Assembly (NCBI RefSeq): GCF_048267425.1
Contig: NZ_JBLWXN010000001.1
Span: 101,966-165,965 of the forward strand
Direction of reading: 5' to 3'
Source of the DNA: Terasakiella sp.
GTDB taxonomy: Bacteria; Pseudomonadota; Alphaproteobacteria; Rhodospirillales; Terasakiellaceae
DNA: 64,000 nucleotides
A program made the position numbers and the translations under genes. The notes beneath the pieces are model-generated. The model made no database searches. It saw nothing but the letters and a program-made list of their open reading frames with translations, and had not been told where the DNA came from. This document shows, one piece after another, positions 42,038 through 51,160 of the stretch. Each line of letters starts with the position of its first letter. The first letter of the stretch is position 1.

Positions 42038-43573
42038 ATGACCGCACGTATTACAACAGTCACATTCCAAGGCATCGACGTTATTGAAGTCGAGGTTCAG
42101 GTTTCCATAACCACGGGGCTTCCCGCCCTCAATATCGTTGGGCTTGCCGATAAAGCCGTATCAGAAGCACGCGAGCGAGTGCGCGCGGCCCTGAGTGCTT
42201 TGGGGTTATCACTGCCGCCCAAACGCATCACGGTTAATTTGTCACCTGCCGATCTTGCCAAGGAAGGTTCCCATTTTGATCTGCCTATCGCGCTTGGTTT
42301 ACTGGCAGCAATGGATGTCCTCAGTGAAGAAGATCTCAGCCCTTTTATTGTCTTGGGGGAACTCGCATTGGATGGGCGGCTGTCCCCTGTCACCGGTGTT
42401 TTACCCGCGGCCATTCATGCCCAAGTAAATGATCGCAATATCCTGTGTCCCAAACCACAAGGGGGCGAAGCCGTTTGGGCGGGGGATCTTGATGTGGTGG
42501 CACCCAACAATCTCTTGGAATTGGTCAACCATTTTAAAGGACGACAGTTACTGAGCCGTCCCAAACCTGTGCGTGTTGAAAAACAAGAAGGCCCAGCCCA
42601 TCTGGATTTGCGCGATATTCGTGGACAGGAAAGTGCAAAGCGTGCCTTGGAAGTTGCCGCAGCCGGAAATCACAACTTGCTGTTTTGCGGTCCCCCCGGT
42701 GCCGGAAAATCCATGCTGGCCCGCCGCCTGCCCGGTATTCTCCCCCCGTTGGACGCACAAGAAGCCTTGGAAGTTTCCATGATCCATTCCATCGCCGGAA
42801 CACTGCCCGAAGGGGGATTGATGATCCAACGCCCCTTTCGCGACCCACATCATTCGGCTTCCATGCCGGCATTGATCGGCGGTGGCCACCGTGTGCGCCC
42901 TGGTGAAGTCTCTCTTGCGCATTTGGGGGTTCTGTTTCTGGATGAATTACCGGAATATAACCGCACCGCCCTTGAGGCCTTGCGACAGCCGTTGGAAAGC
43001 GGGCGTGCTGAAATTGCCCGCGCAAACGCCCATATATCTTATCCTGCGCAGGTCCAATTAATTGCCGCCATGAACCCCTGTCGGTGTGGTCATCTCGATG
43101 ATGCGGCATTGGCTTGTTCCCGTGCACCAAAATGTGCGGAAAGTTATCGTGATAAAATATCCGGCCCCCTGCTGGATCGTATCGACATTCATTTGGATGT
43201 ACCGGCGGTCAACCCGACCGATTTACATTTGCCACCCCCCCAAGAAGGAACCCTGGATGTGCGCCAACGTGTATTGCAGGCCCGCACCATACAGAAACAT
43301 CGTTATAAAAATCACGGCATTCGCACCAATGCCGAAGCCGATGGCGAATTCTTGCTGAAGATTGCCACACCGGACAAAGCCGGACAAAATCTGTTATTGG
43401 AAGCCACAAAAAAGCTGCGTCTTTCAGCCCGCGGGTATCATCGCGTTTTGCGGGTTGCCCGAACTTTGGCCGATTTATCCGGCAGTGAACAGGTTCAGGT
43501 CGAACATATCGGGGAAAGTCTGTCTTATCGGCCCAACATGACCCGCAAAAAAGCAGCCGCCCTTTTGCCATAA
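42038..43573 (+). CDS. comM: ComM/YifB Mg-chelatase-like AAA+ ATPase
   Basis: EARERVRAA, KEGSHFDLPIA, GPPGAGKSM, FLDELPE, AAMNPCRCG, LSARGYHRVLRVARTLADL. Confidence 0.93.
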   Translation: MTARITTVTFQGIDVIEVEVQVSITTGLPALNIVGLADKAVSEARERVRAALSALGLSLPPKRITVNLSPADLAKEGSHFDLPIALGLLAAMDVLSEEDLSPFIVLGELALDGRLSPVTGVLPAAIHAQVNDRNILCPKPQGGEAVWAGDLDVVAPNNLLELVNHFKGRQLLSRPKPVRVEKQEGPAHLDLRDIRGQESAKRALEVAAAGNHNLLFCGPPGAGKSMLARRLPGILPPLDAQEALEVSMIHSIAGTLPEGGLMIQRPFRDPHHSASMPALIGGGHRVRPGEVSLAHLGVLFLDELPEYNRTALEALRQPLESGRAEIARANAHISYPAQVQLIAAMNPCRCGHLDDAALACSRAPKCAESYRDKISGPLLDRIDIHLDVPAVNPTDLHLPPPQEGTLDVRQRVLQARTIQKHRYKNHGIRTNAEADGEFLLKIATPDKAGQNLLLEATKKLRLSARGYHRVLRVARTLADLSGSEQVQVEHIGESLSYRPNMTRKKAAALLP

Positions 43574-43604
43574 AAAAAGGGCCACATAAAAGCGACCCTT
43601 TTTT
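43572..43604. terminator. Weak bidirectional terminator
   Basis: aaaaaaaggg...ccctttttt between convergent genes. Confidence 0.55.
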
Positions 43605-43630
43605 CAAATATATTGTTCGCTTTAAAAAGC

Positions 43631-45040
43631 TTAAGCCGCGCGACGACCTGCAAGGTTCGGTGTCTTGCGTTGGACTTTTTTCGGTCCACGCTTTTTAAAT
43701 CCACCTTCGGTCTTTTTCTTGAAACCGCCATCGGATTTCTTTTTAAAACCACCTTCAGTCTTTTTCTTAAAGCCGCCATCAGATTTCTTTTTGAAACCGT
43801 CTTCTTGGCTTTTCGGTCCCTTGGTAAAGGTGCGTTTTTTGCCTGTACCGCCTCCACCAAAACGGCGACGTTTTTGATCGCCATTTGCCTTAAACGGCAG
43901 TGGGTCCTGATGATAAGGATGTTCGGATTCAACATCAACACGTTGCTGAATGGTCCGTTCAATGGCTTGCAACAGGTCACCTTCCCCATCAGTACAGAAA
44001 GACAGGGCAACACCGCTTTGACCGGCACGGCCTGTCCGACCGATACGGTGGACATACGCATCGCCTTCCAACGGCATGTCATAGTTAATGACGTGGGAAA
44101 TATCAGCAACATCAATACCGCGTGCAGCAACATCGGTCGCCACCAACAATTCGATATCACCATTGCGGAAAGCGCGCAGAACACGTTGACGTGCAGCCTG
44201 TTGACGATCCCCATGAATGGTATCGGTTTTATGACCGCGTTCTTTTAAATTATCGCACAAACGATCCGCCATCGCTTTTGTACGCGTGAAGATCAGCACC
44301 TTTTTCAAAGTCGGATCGTCCAACAGATGATCAAGCAATTTCGGCTTATCTTTCTGCTTCATATGCATGACGCGGTGGTCAATTGTGTTGGCAACAGAAT
44401 TTTCACGCGCGGCTTCAACCATTTTTGGTGAAACCAGAACACCGCTTGCCAACCCCCGAACCTGTTTAGACATGGTCGCTGAAAACATAACGGTTTGTTT
44501 TTCTGCCGGCATGGAGGCCGCGACTTTTCTGACATCATGGATAAAGCCCATATCAAGCATGCGATCGGCTTCGTCCAAAATGAAGGTATGAACATCATCA
44601 CATTTAATGGAACCGCGTTCCATATGGTCCATCAATCGGCCCGGTGTCGCCACAACGATGTGAACCCCGCGTTGCAATTGCTGCAATTGCTGACGATAAG
44701 GAGATCCGCCATAAATAACCGTATGGAAAACTTTCTGGCCTTTGGTGAAGGAGCGGATTGCCACCCCGATCTGTTGAGCCAGTTCCCGCGTTGGCGCCAA
44801 AATAATACAGCGCGGTTTTCCTGCGACTGTTTTTTCGTTTTCTTCCAGCAGGCGATGAACCAAAGGCAGCACAAAGGCAGCTGTTTTACCACCACCTGTT
44901 TGGGCAACGCCCATCAGGTCATGGCCGTTCATTAAATGCGGAATAGCTTTGTCTTGAATATGCGTCGGCGTATCGAAGCCTTGTTTGGAAATGGCGTCGA
45001 GCAAAGGTTGGGCAAGACCCAACATATCAAATGTGGTCAC
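43631..45040 (-). CDS. DEAD-box RNA helicase (RhlE-like) with basic repeat tail
   Basis: Q motif, AQTGGGKT, PTRELA, DEAD, FSAT, HRIGRTGRAG; likely start GTG 45040 (SD caggaa), alternative GTG 45076. Confidence 0.93.
   Translation of the reverse strand: MTTFDMLGLAQPLLDAISKQGFDTPTHIQDKAIPHLMNGHDLMGVAQTGGGKTAAFVLPLVHRLLEENEKTVAGKPRCIILAPTRELAQQIGVAIRSFTKGQKVFHTVIYGGSPYRQQLQQLQRGVHIVVATPGRLMDHMERGSIKCDDVHTFILDEADRMLDMGFIHDVRKVAASMPAEKQTVMFSATMSKQVRGLASGVLVSPKMVEAARENSVANTIDHRVMHMKQKDKPKLLDHLLDDPTLKKVLIFTRTKAMADRLCDNLKERGHKTDTIHGDRQQAARQRVLRAFRNGDIELLVATDVAARGIDVADISHVINYDMPLEGDAYVHRIGRTGRAGQSGVALSFCTDGEGDLLQAIERTIQQRVDVESEHPYHQDPLPFKANGDQKRRRFGGGGTGKKRTFTKGPKSQEDGFKKKSDGGFKKKTEGGFKKKSDGGFKKKTEGGFKKRGPKKVQRKTPNLAGRRAA
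43688..43804 (-). repeat. 5 x 24-nt coding repeat (G)GFKKK(SD/TE)
   Basis: EDGFKKKSD GGFKKKTE GGFKKKSD GGFKKKTE GGFKKR, with synonymous differences between copies. Confidence 0.95.
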
Positions 45041-45248
45041 AGTTTTACGTTCCTGTATCATCTGCGGTTTCGTCACCCTAAAATGCGTCCTGGCGACATG
45101 TAAAAATTCCGCACATGATGCCCAAATCGGGGCAAGGGAACGCGACCGGCACCGCTAAAAAGCGATACTCCTGCTGCACACAGGACTGACAGGTTTCTGC
45201 CACGGGCACGTGCATTAACTTTGCACGCACGGAAATAACGTGAGGCGG

Positions 45249-45277
45249 CTTATCCGCCTTTTTCCCTAAAATGTCAA
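45249..45277 (-). promoter_or_regulatory. Putative helicase promoter ahead of a ~200-nt structured 5'UTR
   Basis: TTGACA-17-GATAAG followed by GC-rich ccgcct. Confidence 0.55.
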
Positions 45278-45302
45278 GAAAAGCTTGCACTTTTCATCAG
45301 AC

Positions 45303-45343
45303 AAAAAAAGGGGCTGCCTCTCGATAAACGATGCGACAGCCCC
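45303..45343 (-). terminator. Phasin terminator
   Basis: On the minus strand ggggctgtcg...ggcagcccc-ttttttt. Confidence 0.85.
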
Positions 45344-45372
45344 AATTCTAACCTTACAGGGGGGAAGGTTAA

Positions 45373-45876
45373 TTATTTTTTCAGCTTAAGAACTTGCTCT
45401 TTAACTTCGTCAAGAGACTCAGTGAAACGAGCGTGGATTGTTTCAAAAGCTTCTGAGTTGGATTTACCAGCCATTTCGGCCAGTTCACGCATGTTGGACA
45501 AAGCTTTTTCAATCGCTTCTTTCACCAGATCCGTTTGTTGGGCCACTTTATCTTGCGGCTCACCTGCAACGGACAGGTCTTTGAAAGTGGCTTGCATTTC
45601 TTCCATCGCTTGACCAAGGATTTCAGCTTGGCGTTTGAAAACAGCCTGCATGCCTTCCAAGGCAACTTTGTTGGCTTGTGCAAGCGCTTCTACGTTTTTG
45701 CGCTGGCTTTCCAGAATGACGTTACCGTCAACACCGGGGATTTTGTATTCAGAGAACGCTTTGGAAAAATCGCCCATGAATTTTTGCGGGTCGAATTCGC
45801 TCATCAGTTTTGTCGGGTCGAAATCACCGAACATTTTAGAAGCGTCGAAGGCAAATGGATTAGCTTGTTTGGTCAT
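45373..45876 (-). CDS. phaP: Phasin (PHA granule protein)
   Basis: PGVD..ILESQRKNVEALAQANKVALEGMQAVFKRQAEIL...ARFTESLDEVK, TIGR01841-type; SD ggag. Confidence 0.88.
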   Translation of the reverse strand: MTKQANPFAFDASKMFGDFDPTKLMSEFDPQKFMGDFSKAFSEYKIPGVDGNVILESQRKNVEALAQANKVALEGMQAVFKRQAEILGQAMEEMQATFKDLSVAGEPQDKVAQQTDLVKEAIEKALSNMRELAEMAGKSNSEAFETIHARFTESLDEVKEQVLKLKK

Positions 45877-45909
45877 TGGGTTTGCTCCAATAAAGAATGA
45901 TAAGGTTGC

Positions 45910-45986
45910 TGCACTGCAATATTTCTAAGCTCAATATGGTATAATGCTACCTAAGAGTCAACATCTTTTTGTGCACTGCACAAAAA
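45910..45986 (-). promoter_or_regulatory. Phasin promoter flanked by two PhaR-type operators
   Basis: TTGACT(45961-56)-17-CATATT(45938-33); TGCACTGCA at 45910-18 and 45972-80, the latter inside a perfect 21-nt palindrome. Confidence 0.7.
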
Positions 45987-46093
45987 ATATTTACACCCCC
46001 TCAAAGTGTCGCTTTCACTCACCTTATAAGGCTTTGATTTATTGAGTTTTACAGAAACATGACCCTTCCATGACATTCATGAAAAAGGGGTGA

Positions 46094-46900
46094 TCATCCC
46101 GCCAGTTCTTTGGAACGTTGCGTCGCAGCATCAACGGCACGCGCCATCGGTTGTGCGATTCCCTCTTCCCCCATCAAAACTTCAAGGGCCGCTTGTGTCG
46201 TTCCGCCCGGTGAGGTCACGTTTTTGCGCAATTGTGCCGCATCGATCCCGCTTTGACGCATCAACTCGCCGGCCCCGGCAACCGTTGCCCGTGCCAACTG
46301 TGTGGCAAGGTCTTGGGATAATCCCGCCTGAATGCCAGCTTGGGTTAAACATTCCGTCATATAAAACACATAAGCCGGACCAGAACCGGATACGGCGGTT
46401 ACCGGGTCCATAAGGGCTTCGTCATCAACCCATGCCACTTCGCCAATAGCTTCCAGAAGTGTGCTGCATTCGGTCTTTGCTGCATCGCTTACATGGGGAT
46501 TGGCGCATGCGACACTGATCCCGCGACGCACCGCCGCCGGCGTGTTCGGCATCACACGGACAATGGCGGCTTCCTGTCCCAGAATATTTTCAAAATAAGA
46601 TAGGGTTTTACCTGCGGCAATAGACAGAAACGTCGTGCTTGCCCCAAATCGTTTGCAGGCTTGGGCCGCTGCATCCATGCCTTGGGGTTTCACCGCCAAC
46701 AACACAATATCGGCCGAAAAATCTTCTTCAATTTTGGCAATGTCATCATAGACAACCACACCATGACGTTCCCGCAGGGCTTGGGCATTTTCAGCAGAAT
46801 GTTCCACGATACGGATATCGTCAGCCGCAATCCCTTGATCGAGCCAACCTTCCAGCATCGCACCGCCCATCTTACCGCAACCGACCAAAACGATACCCAT
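46094..46900 (-). CDS. proC: Pyrroline-5-carboxylate reductase
   Basis: VGCGKMGGA, LAVKPQ, RVMPNTP, TAVSGSGPAY, VTSPGGTT. Confidence 0.96.
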   Translation of the reverse strand: MGIVLVGCGKMGGAMLEGWLDQGIAADDIRIVEHSAENAQALRERHGVVVYDDIAKIEEDFSADIVLLAVKPQGMDAAAQACKRFGASTTFLSIAAGKTLSYFENILGQEAAIVRVMPNTPAAVRRGISVACANPHVSDAAKTECSTLLEAIGEVAWVDDEALMDPVTAVSGSGPAYVFYMTECLTQAGIQAGLSQDLATQLARATVAGAGELMRQSGIDAAQLRKNVTSPGGTTQAALEVLMGEEGIAQPMARAVDAATQRSKELAG

Positions 46901-46901
46901 T

Positions 46902-47630
46902 TTATTGTTCTCCTGCTTTCAGTCCTTCGGCTTCCAGTTCCGAAGTTTTTGTTTCGATGCGTTCCTGCAAGGTTGCCATAAATTCACGGCGTTTCAAGCC
47001 CGGTTCAATCGGTGGCATAATTTCCATGATAATTTTACCCGGCTTTTTCAGGAAACTACGCCGTCCCCAATACAGGCCGGAGTTCAATCCCACCGGAATA
47101 ACAGGCATGCCCGTTTGGGTATAAATGGCGGCAACACCGGGATGATACGTCCCCGGTTCCCCCGGCGCAGAGCGCGTCCCTTCCGGGAAAATCACAACAT
47201 TGCGATCTTCTTCCAACGCCTTCTTTACATCGGCGACCATGTTTTTCAGGGCACTTGCCCCCGCAGAACGGTTCACGGCAATATGTCCGCTGCGTTTTAC
47301 ATACCAGCCATAAAAGGGAATTTTCAGCAATTCTTCTTTTAAAATATATGCTGTTCGAAGACGCAACAGAACGAAAATTGCCGTATCCCAGGCAGATTGA
47401 TGCTTACAGGCAATAATCCCGCCCGCTTTAGGTAAGTTTTCAAGTCCCCGAATTTCATAATCAATCCCGGTGATATGACGCATCCCCCACATGACATAAC
47501 GCGTCCAAAACTGGGAACCCTTGCGCATTTCCTGTGAAGAAAAAGGTAACAACACAAGCAAAATTAAAGCAATGACCCCTGTGCCGCCAAAAAGATAAAT
47601 GTTAAATAATACAGATCGAATAAATGTCAT
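46902..47630 (-). CDS. plsC: 1-acyl-sn-glycerol-3-phosphate acyltransferase family protein
   Basis: KHQSAWD (HxxxxD), IFPEGTR, LNSG. Confidence 0.85.
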   Translation of the reverse strand: MTFIRSVLFNIYLFGGTGVIALILLVLLPFSSQEMRKGSQFWTRYVMWGMRHITGIDYEIRGLENLPKAGGIIACKHQSAWDTAIFVLLRLRTAYILKEELLKIPFYGWYVKRSGHIAVNRSAGASALKNMVADVKKALEEDRNVVIFPEGTRSAPGEPGTYHPGVAAIYTQTGMPVIPVGLNSGLYWGRRSFLKKPGKIIMEIMPPIEPGLKRREFMATLQERIETKTSELEAEGLKAGEQ

Positions 47631-48259
47631 TTCAATATCTCAAGATCAGTTTGTCGCGCCAGTTCCTGACGCAGCCAGACCAGTAAAAATTTGTTATATT
47701 CGCCAACCATCAGGGCTGCCGTTCCCGGCCAACGCCACCATTGATCCACTTTCACATGTTCAGGAAAAACCGGATGTGCAATCAGCCGGACCTGAGGCAT
47801 GTAAAAAGAAAACTCCAACAGACTTCGCGGCATATGATAGTTCGCCGTCACCAATCGTAAAGACTTAAATCTGGTTTTTTCGATCCAGCGCGCTGTTTCT
47901 TTCGCATTGCCTCGCGTGCTGTCGGCTTCGTGACCGATATCAATACAACACTCGAGTTCTTGCGGGGCACTTTTGGACAAGGCAAGCAATTCTTCTAGCT
48001 CTACCCCCCGATAAACACCAGAGATCAGAAGCTTTTGGGCTTTCTTTTGCATCAAAAGGGTCATGCCTGTGTTCAAACGTTCCGTCCCGCCGGTCAGTAC
48101 AACAATGCCATCCGTTGTGGTATAGTCATCTTCAACCAGTCGCGGCACATGATCCATAAAAACAATAAAACCGCCAGACCAGACGAAACAGGCCAAAATA
48201 CAAAAAATTGCCAACGGACCGAAAAGACGGCGTTTTTTCTGGGGTAACATCCGTACCAT
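47627..48259 (-). CDS. YdcF/DUF218 family protein
   Basis: GIVVLTGG, LLISGV, STRGNA, LVTANYHMPRS. Confidence 0.9.
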   Translation of the reverse strand: MVRMLPQKKRRLFGPLAIFCILACFVWSGGFIVFMDHVPRLVEDDYTTTDGIVVLTGGTERLNTGMTLLMQKKAQKLLISGVYRGVELEELLALSKSAPQELECCIDIGHEADSTRGNAKETARWIEKTRFKSLRLVTANYHMPRSLLEFSFYMPQVRLIAHPVFPEHVKVDQWWRWPGTAALMVGEYNKFLLVWLRQELARQTDLEILK

Positions 48260-48261
48260 AA

Positions 48262-49155
48262 TTAAACCATTTTATGAAGTGTACGCAAGACGGCAACGCG
48301 GGCCGTCAGGTATCCCATAGCTGCGGCAACAATGGGCAATCCCATAACCGCCACCCATTGCCAAAGCCCAATATCAATATCAGGCAATAAAGCACTGTCG
48401 ATTTGACGATATAAATAGCCAAAACCGGCAAACGTCGGACCGGCAGCCGCCAACCCCAACAACCCGCCACGCAAGCCCAAATTCAACGCATGTTCGGCAA
48501 ATTGACGCGCGATATAAGTATCCTGTGCCCCAATAAGATGAAGAACCTCAATCACATCCTGATGAATGGCAAGGCCGGTCTTGGTCACAAAAAAGACCGT
48601 CCCGATAGAGGCGAACCCAATAAGCGATAAAACAATATAAGCCCCCCATTCCAAGGTTTGGCTCATGCGGATCAGACGGTCCAGCCAAACACGGTGATCG
48701 TCCATTGTCGCACCAGGTGCCACTTTATTCATGGCATCAACCAACTGTTGCCCATCCACATCCATCCCACTGCGCAGCGAGACATCAATCAAATGCGGAA
48801 GCGGCATATTATCCAACGCCCGACTATTGCCCAACCACGGTTCCAACAACGAAACCACATGGGACCGCGCAATCGGTTCAGCCAGCACCACAGCCGGATG
48901 GGCTCGCAAAATTTTCAAAACCCCAGCAATCTGGGCTTGATCCTGTTTCACGCTGTCCCCCGGTGGCACCTGAACCGTCAAAGTATCGGAAACACCACGT
49001 TCCCAACGTGCACTCACGGACTGCATAATTGCTGTCGCCACCACAGACAAGGCCGCCAAATACACCATAAAGGCAATCAGCCACGGCAGAAACCGCGTGC
49101 CCGGATCTTTATCCAACGGCACATCTTTATGGTGATTGAAGGACAGAATACTCAT
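48262..49155 (-). CDS. ftsX: Cell division permease FtsX
   Basis: TM topology, LLEPWLG, LHLIGAQDTYIARQF; follows ftsE. Confidence 0.9.
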   Translation of the reverse strand: MSILSFNHHKDVPLDKDPGTRFLPWLIAFMVYLAALSVVATAIMQSVSARWERGVSDTLTVQVPPGDSVKQDQAQIAGVLKILRAHPAVVLAEPIARSHVVSLLEPWLGNSRALDNMPLPHLIDVSLRSGMDVDGQQLVDAMNKVAPGATMDDHRVWLDRLIRMSQTLEWGAYIVLSLIGFASIGTVFFVTKTGLAIHQDVIEVLHLIGAQDTYIARQFAEHALNLGLRGGLLGLAAAGPTFAGFGYLYRQIDSALLPDIDIGLWQWVAVMGLPIVAAAMGYLTARVAVLRTLHKMV

Positions 49156-49877
49156 GTGACCTTCCCCTCCATGCGCACATTGGAGCGACGCGCTGCCGGG
49201 CGCAACGGCCCCATTTGTTCAACACGACCATCTTCAATACAAATACGCGGGTGACCGAACTGACGTACCAGTCCTTCGTTGTGCGTCGCCATCACAATCG
49301 TCGTGCCCAGTTTATTCAATTCTTCCAAAAGATGAAGCAAACGCACAGCCAGTTTATCATCCACATTGCCTGTCGGTTCGTCGGCCAGCAACAAGCGGGG
49401 GCGGGTAATGACGGCACGCGCCAAGGCAACACGTTGCTGTTGGCCACCGGATAATGTACTGGGGCGCGCACTCATATGATCTTTCAATCCAACCCAGGTT
49501 AAAAGTTCCGTCACATGCTTGCGAATATCTTTTTCATGTACATTGGCAACGCGCATCGGTAAGGCGACATTATCAAATGTCGACATATGATCCAGCAGAC
49601 GAAATTCCTGAAAAACAACCCCAACTTGGCGGCGCAGGGCAGGTAACGTGTCGCGTTCGGTGGTCGCAATATCACTGCCGAACAGGGAAATAAGACCACG
49701 GGTTGGGCGATGCGCCAGATACATCAATTTTAGCAAGGATGATTTCCCCGCCCCACTCGGCCCTGTCAGAAAATGAAAGGCTCCTTCTTCCAATGTCAGG
49801 GAGACATCGCGCAAAACCTCCGGCCCTACACCGTAGCGTAAACCTACATTTTCCAGCTTTACAATTACCAAAATCAA
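49152..49877 (-). CDS. ftsE: Cell division ATP-binding protein FtsE
   Basis: [33 protein letters not shown]. Confidence 0.94.
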   Translation of the reverse strand: MILVIVKLENVGLRYGVGPEVLRDVSLTLEEGAFHFLTGPSGAGKSSLLKLMYLAHRPTRGLISLFGSDIATTERDTLPALRRQVGVVFQEFRLLDHMSTFDNVALPMRVANVHEKDIRKHVTELLTWVGLKDHMSARPSTLSGGQQQRVALARAVITRPRLLLADEPTGNVDDKLAVRLLHLLEELNKLGTTIVMATHNEGLVRQFGHPRICIEDGRVEQMGPLRPAARRSNVRMEGKVT

Positions 49878-50058
49878 CCGCCTCTTACTTTTAATGCGAT
49901 ACCCTTTGTACGCATTCTTATCGCGTTCGTTAAGACCTTATTCACACATAATATATTAAAGTCAAAACTAACGCGATTTTTTAAGCAACGGGCAGTCTTG
50001 CCTAGACGCAAAGAAACGCCTATAAAGAATAAGGACTTAGGTAAAAGCTGGTGGCTCC

Positions 50059-51036
50059 ATGATTATTAGTTGTCCAAATTGCTCGGCACATTATTCCGTT
50101 CCTATCGCTGCACTCGGCGAAGAGGGGCGCACACTGCGTTGTGCGAAATGCGCACATACATGGGAGCAACCGCCCTATGAAGATAGCATCCTAGAGTTGG
50201 ATGAACACGAGGTAACGACGGCCCCGCCGCCGCCGCCGCCAGCACCGGAACCTATGCCGGAACCGGAACCCATGTTCGAACCGGAGCCAGAGCCGGAACC
50301 GGAGCCAATGTTTGAACCGGAGCCGGAACCAGAACCGGAACCGAAGGCCGCGAGTGATCGTTTTGATACAGACGACATGCCCAGCGACGAGGAATTAAAC
50401 GATATCTTTGGCGATGATGATATCGAACCCGTTCAATCTATGGCCGAGTCGATGTATAGCAAGGACGATATCCTTGACGATATGGACGATCTCGATGACC
50501 CGGAACCAATCCCGGAAGTCTTTACCGCCCCCGTGCGCCAAAAAGAGAAGAAGAAAAAGAAAGGCGGTTTCTTTAAATTCCTTTTCTGGCTGATCATCAT
50601 TATTGCGCTGCTGGGCAGTGCGGTCCATTTTGGTCGGGGCATGATTATGCAATTCGTTCCGCAAGCCGCCCCGGTTTACAAAATTTACGATGACTATTTC
50701 GGGATGGTTCAGGGCATGCTTGGCATGAAACCTGAATTACGTGATTTGATGGAAATCCGCGACGTTCATTCATCGCGGCGTACAGAAGGCAACGACAATA
50801 TTTTGATCGTTGCCGGCGATGTCGGCAATATTTCTGAAACCACACAAAGTGTCCCACAAATCCGGGTATCCCTGTTTGATGCAACCGATGCGGAAGTCCA
50901 GTTCCTGATTGTCGATACCAAAGACAAAGAAGTTGCAGCGGGCGGGACAACACCGTTTGAAGCCCAGATCAAAAACCCGGCGGCCAGTGCACGCCGTCTG
51001 GAAGTCACATTTGTTGACCCGGAAACAAAACAATAA
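50059..51036 (+). CDS. Zinc-ribbon (MJ0042) / DUF3426 membrane protein, ZitP-like
   Basis: CPNC...CAKC zinc finger, acidic Pro-rich linker, TM helix after KKEKKKKK, C-terminal periplasmic domain; divergent from ftsE. Confidence 0.85.
   Translation: MIISCPNCSAHYSVPIAALGEEGRTLRCAKCAHTWEQPPYEDSILELDEHEVTTAPPPPPPAPEPMPEPEPMFEPEPEPEPEPMFEPEPEPEPEPKAASDRFDTDDMPSDEELNDIFGDDDIEPVQSMAESMYSKDDILDDMDDLDDPEPIPEVFTAPVRQKEKKKKKGGFFKFLFWLIIIIALLGSAVHFGRGMIMQFVPQAAPVYKIYDDYFGMVQGMLGMKPELRDLMEIRDVHSSRRTEGNDNILIVAGDVGNISETTQSVPQIRVSLFDATDAEVQFLIVDTKDKEVAAGGTTPFEAQIKNPAASARRLEVTFVDPETKQ
50224..50343 (+). repeat. Low-complexity Pro/Glu coding repeat
   Basis: PPPPPPAPEPMPEPEPMFEPEPEPEPEPMFEPEPEPEPEP; ccggaa/ccggag hexamers. 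Confidence 0.9.
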
Positions 51037-51060
51037 AAAAGATTTAAATCAAATCTGAAG

Positions 51061-51091
51061 AAGCCCTGCCCTGAACGGCGGGGCTTTTTTT
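51061..51091 (+). terminator. Intrinsic terminator
   Basis: aagccctgcc-ctgaac-ggcggggctt-ttttt. Confidence 0.8.
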
Positions 51092-51101
51092 ATATCAACT
51101 C

Positions 51102-51145
51102 TTGACAATTAATTTAACGTTGTTAATTTAATGATGTTAAATTAA
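51102..51145 (+). promoter_or_regulatory. TetR promoter with overlapping palindromic operators
   Basis: TTGACA followed by ttaatttaa-cgttg-ttaatttaa-tgatg-ttaaattaa (14-nt period). Confidence 0.7.
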
Positions 51146-51160
51146 ATTGAGAGACCCATC

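Noticed and set aside
45078-45290. 70-aa minus-strand ORF upstream of the helicase
   Set aside because: It starts upstream of the predicted promoter and has no SD. The region is better explained as a structured UTR.
49929-49944. CtrA-like GTTAA-N7-TTCA between ftsE and the zitP-like gene
   Set aside because: One mismatch in an AT-rich region; not distinguishable from chance by eye.
50224-50343. Tandem repeats (also 43688-43804 and 22654-22738) as CRISPR or mobile-element repeats
   Set aside because: All are in-frame low-complexity coding repeats with no spacers and no cas or transposase genes.
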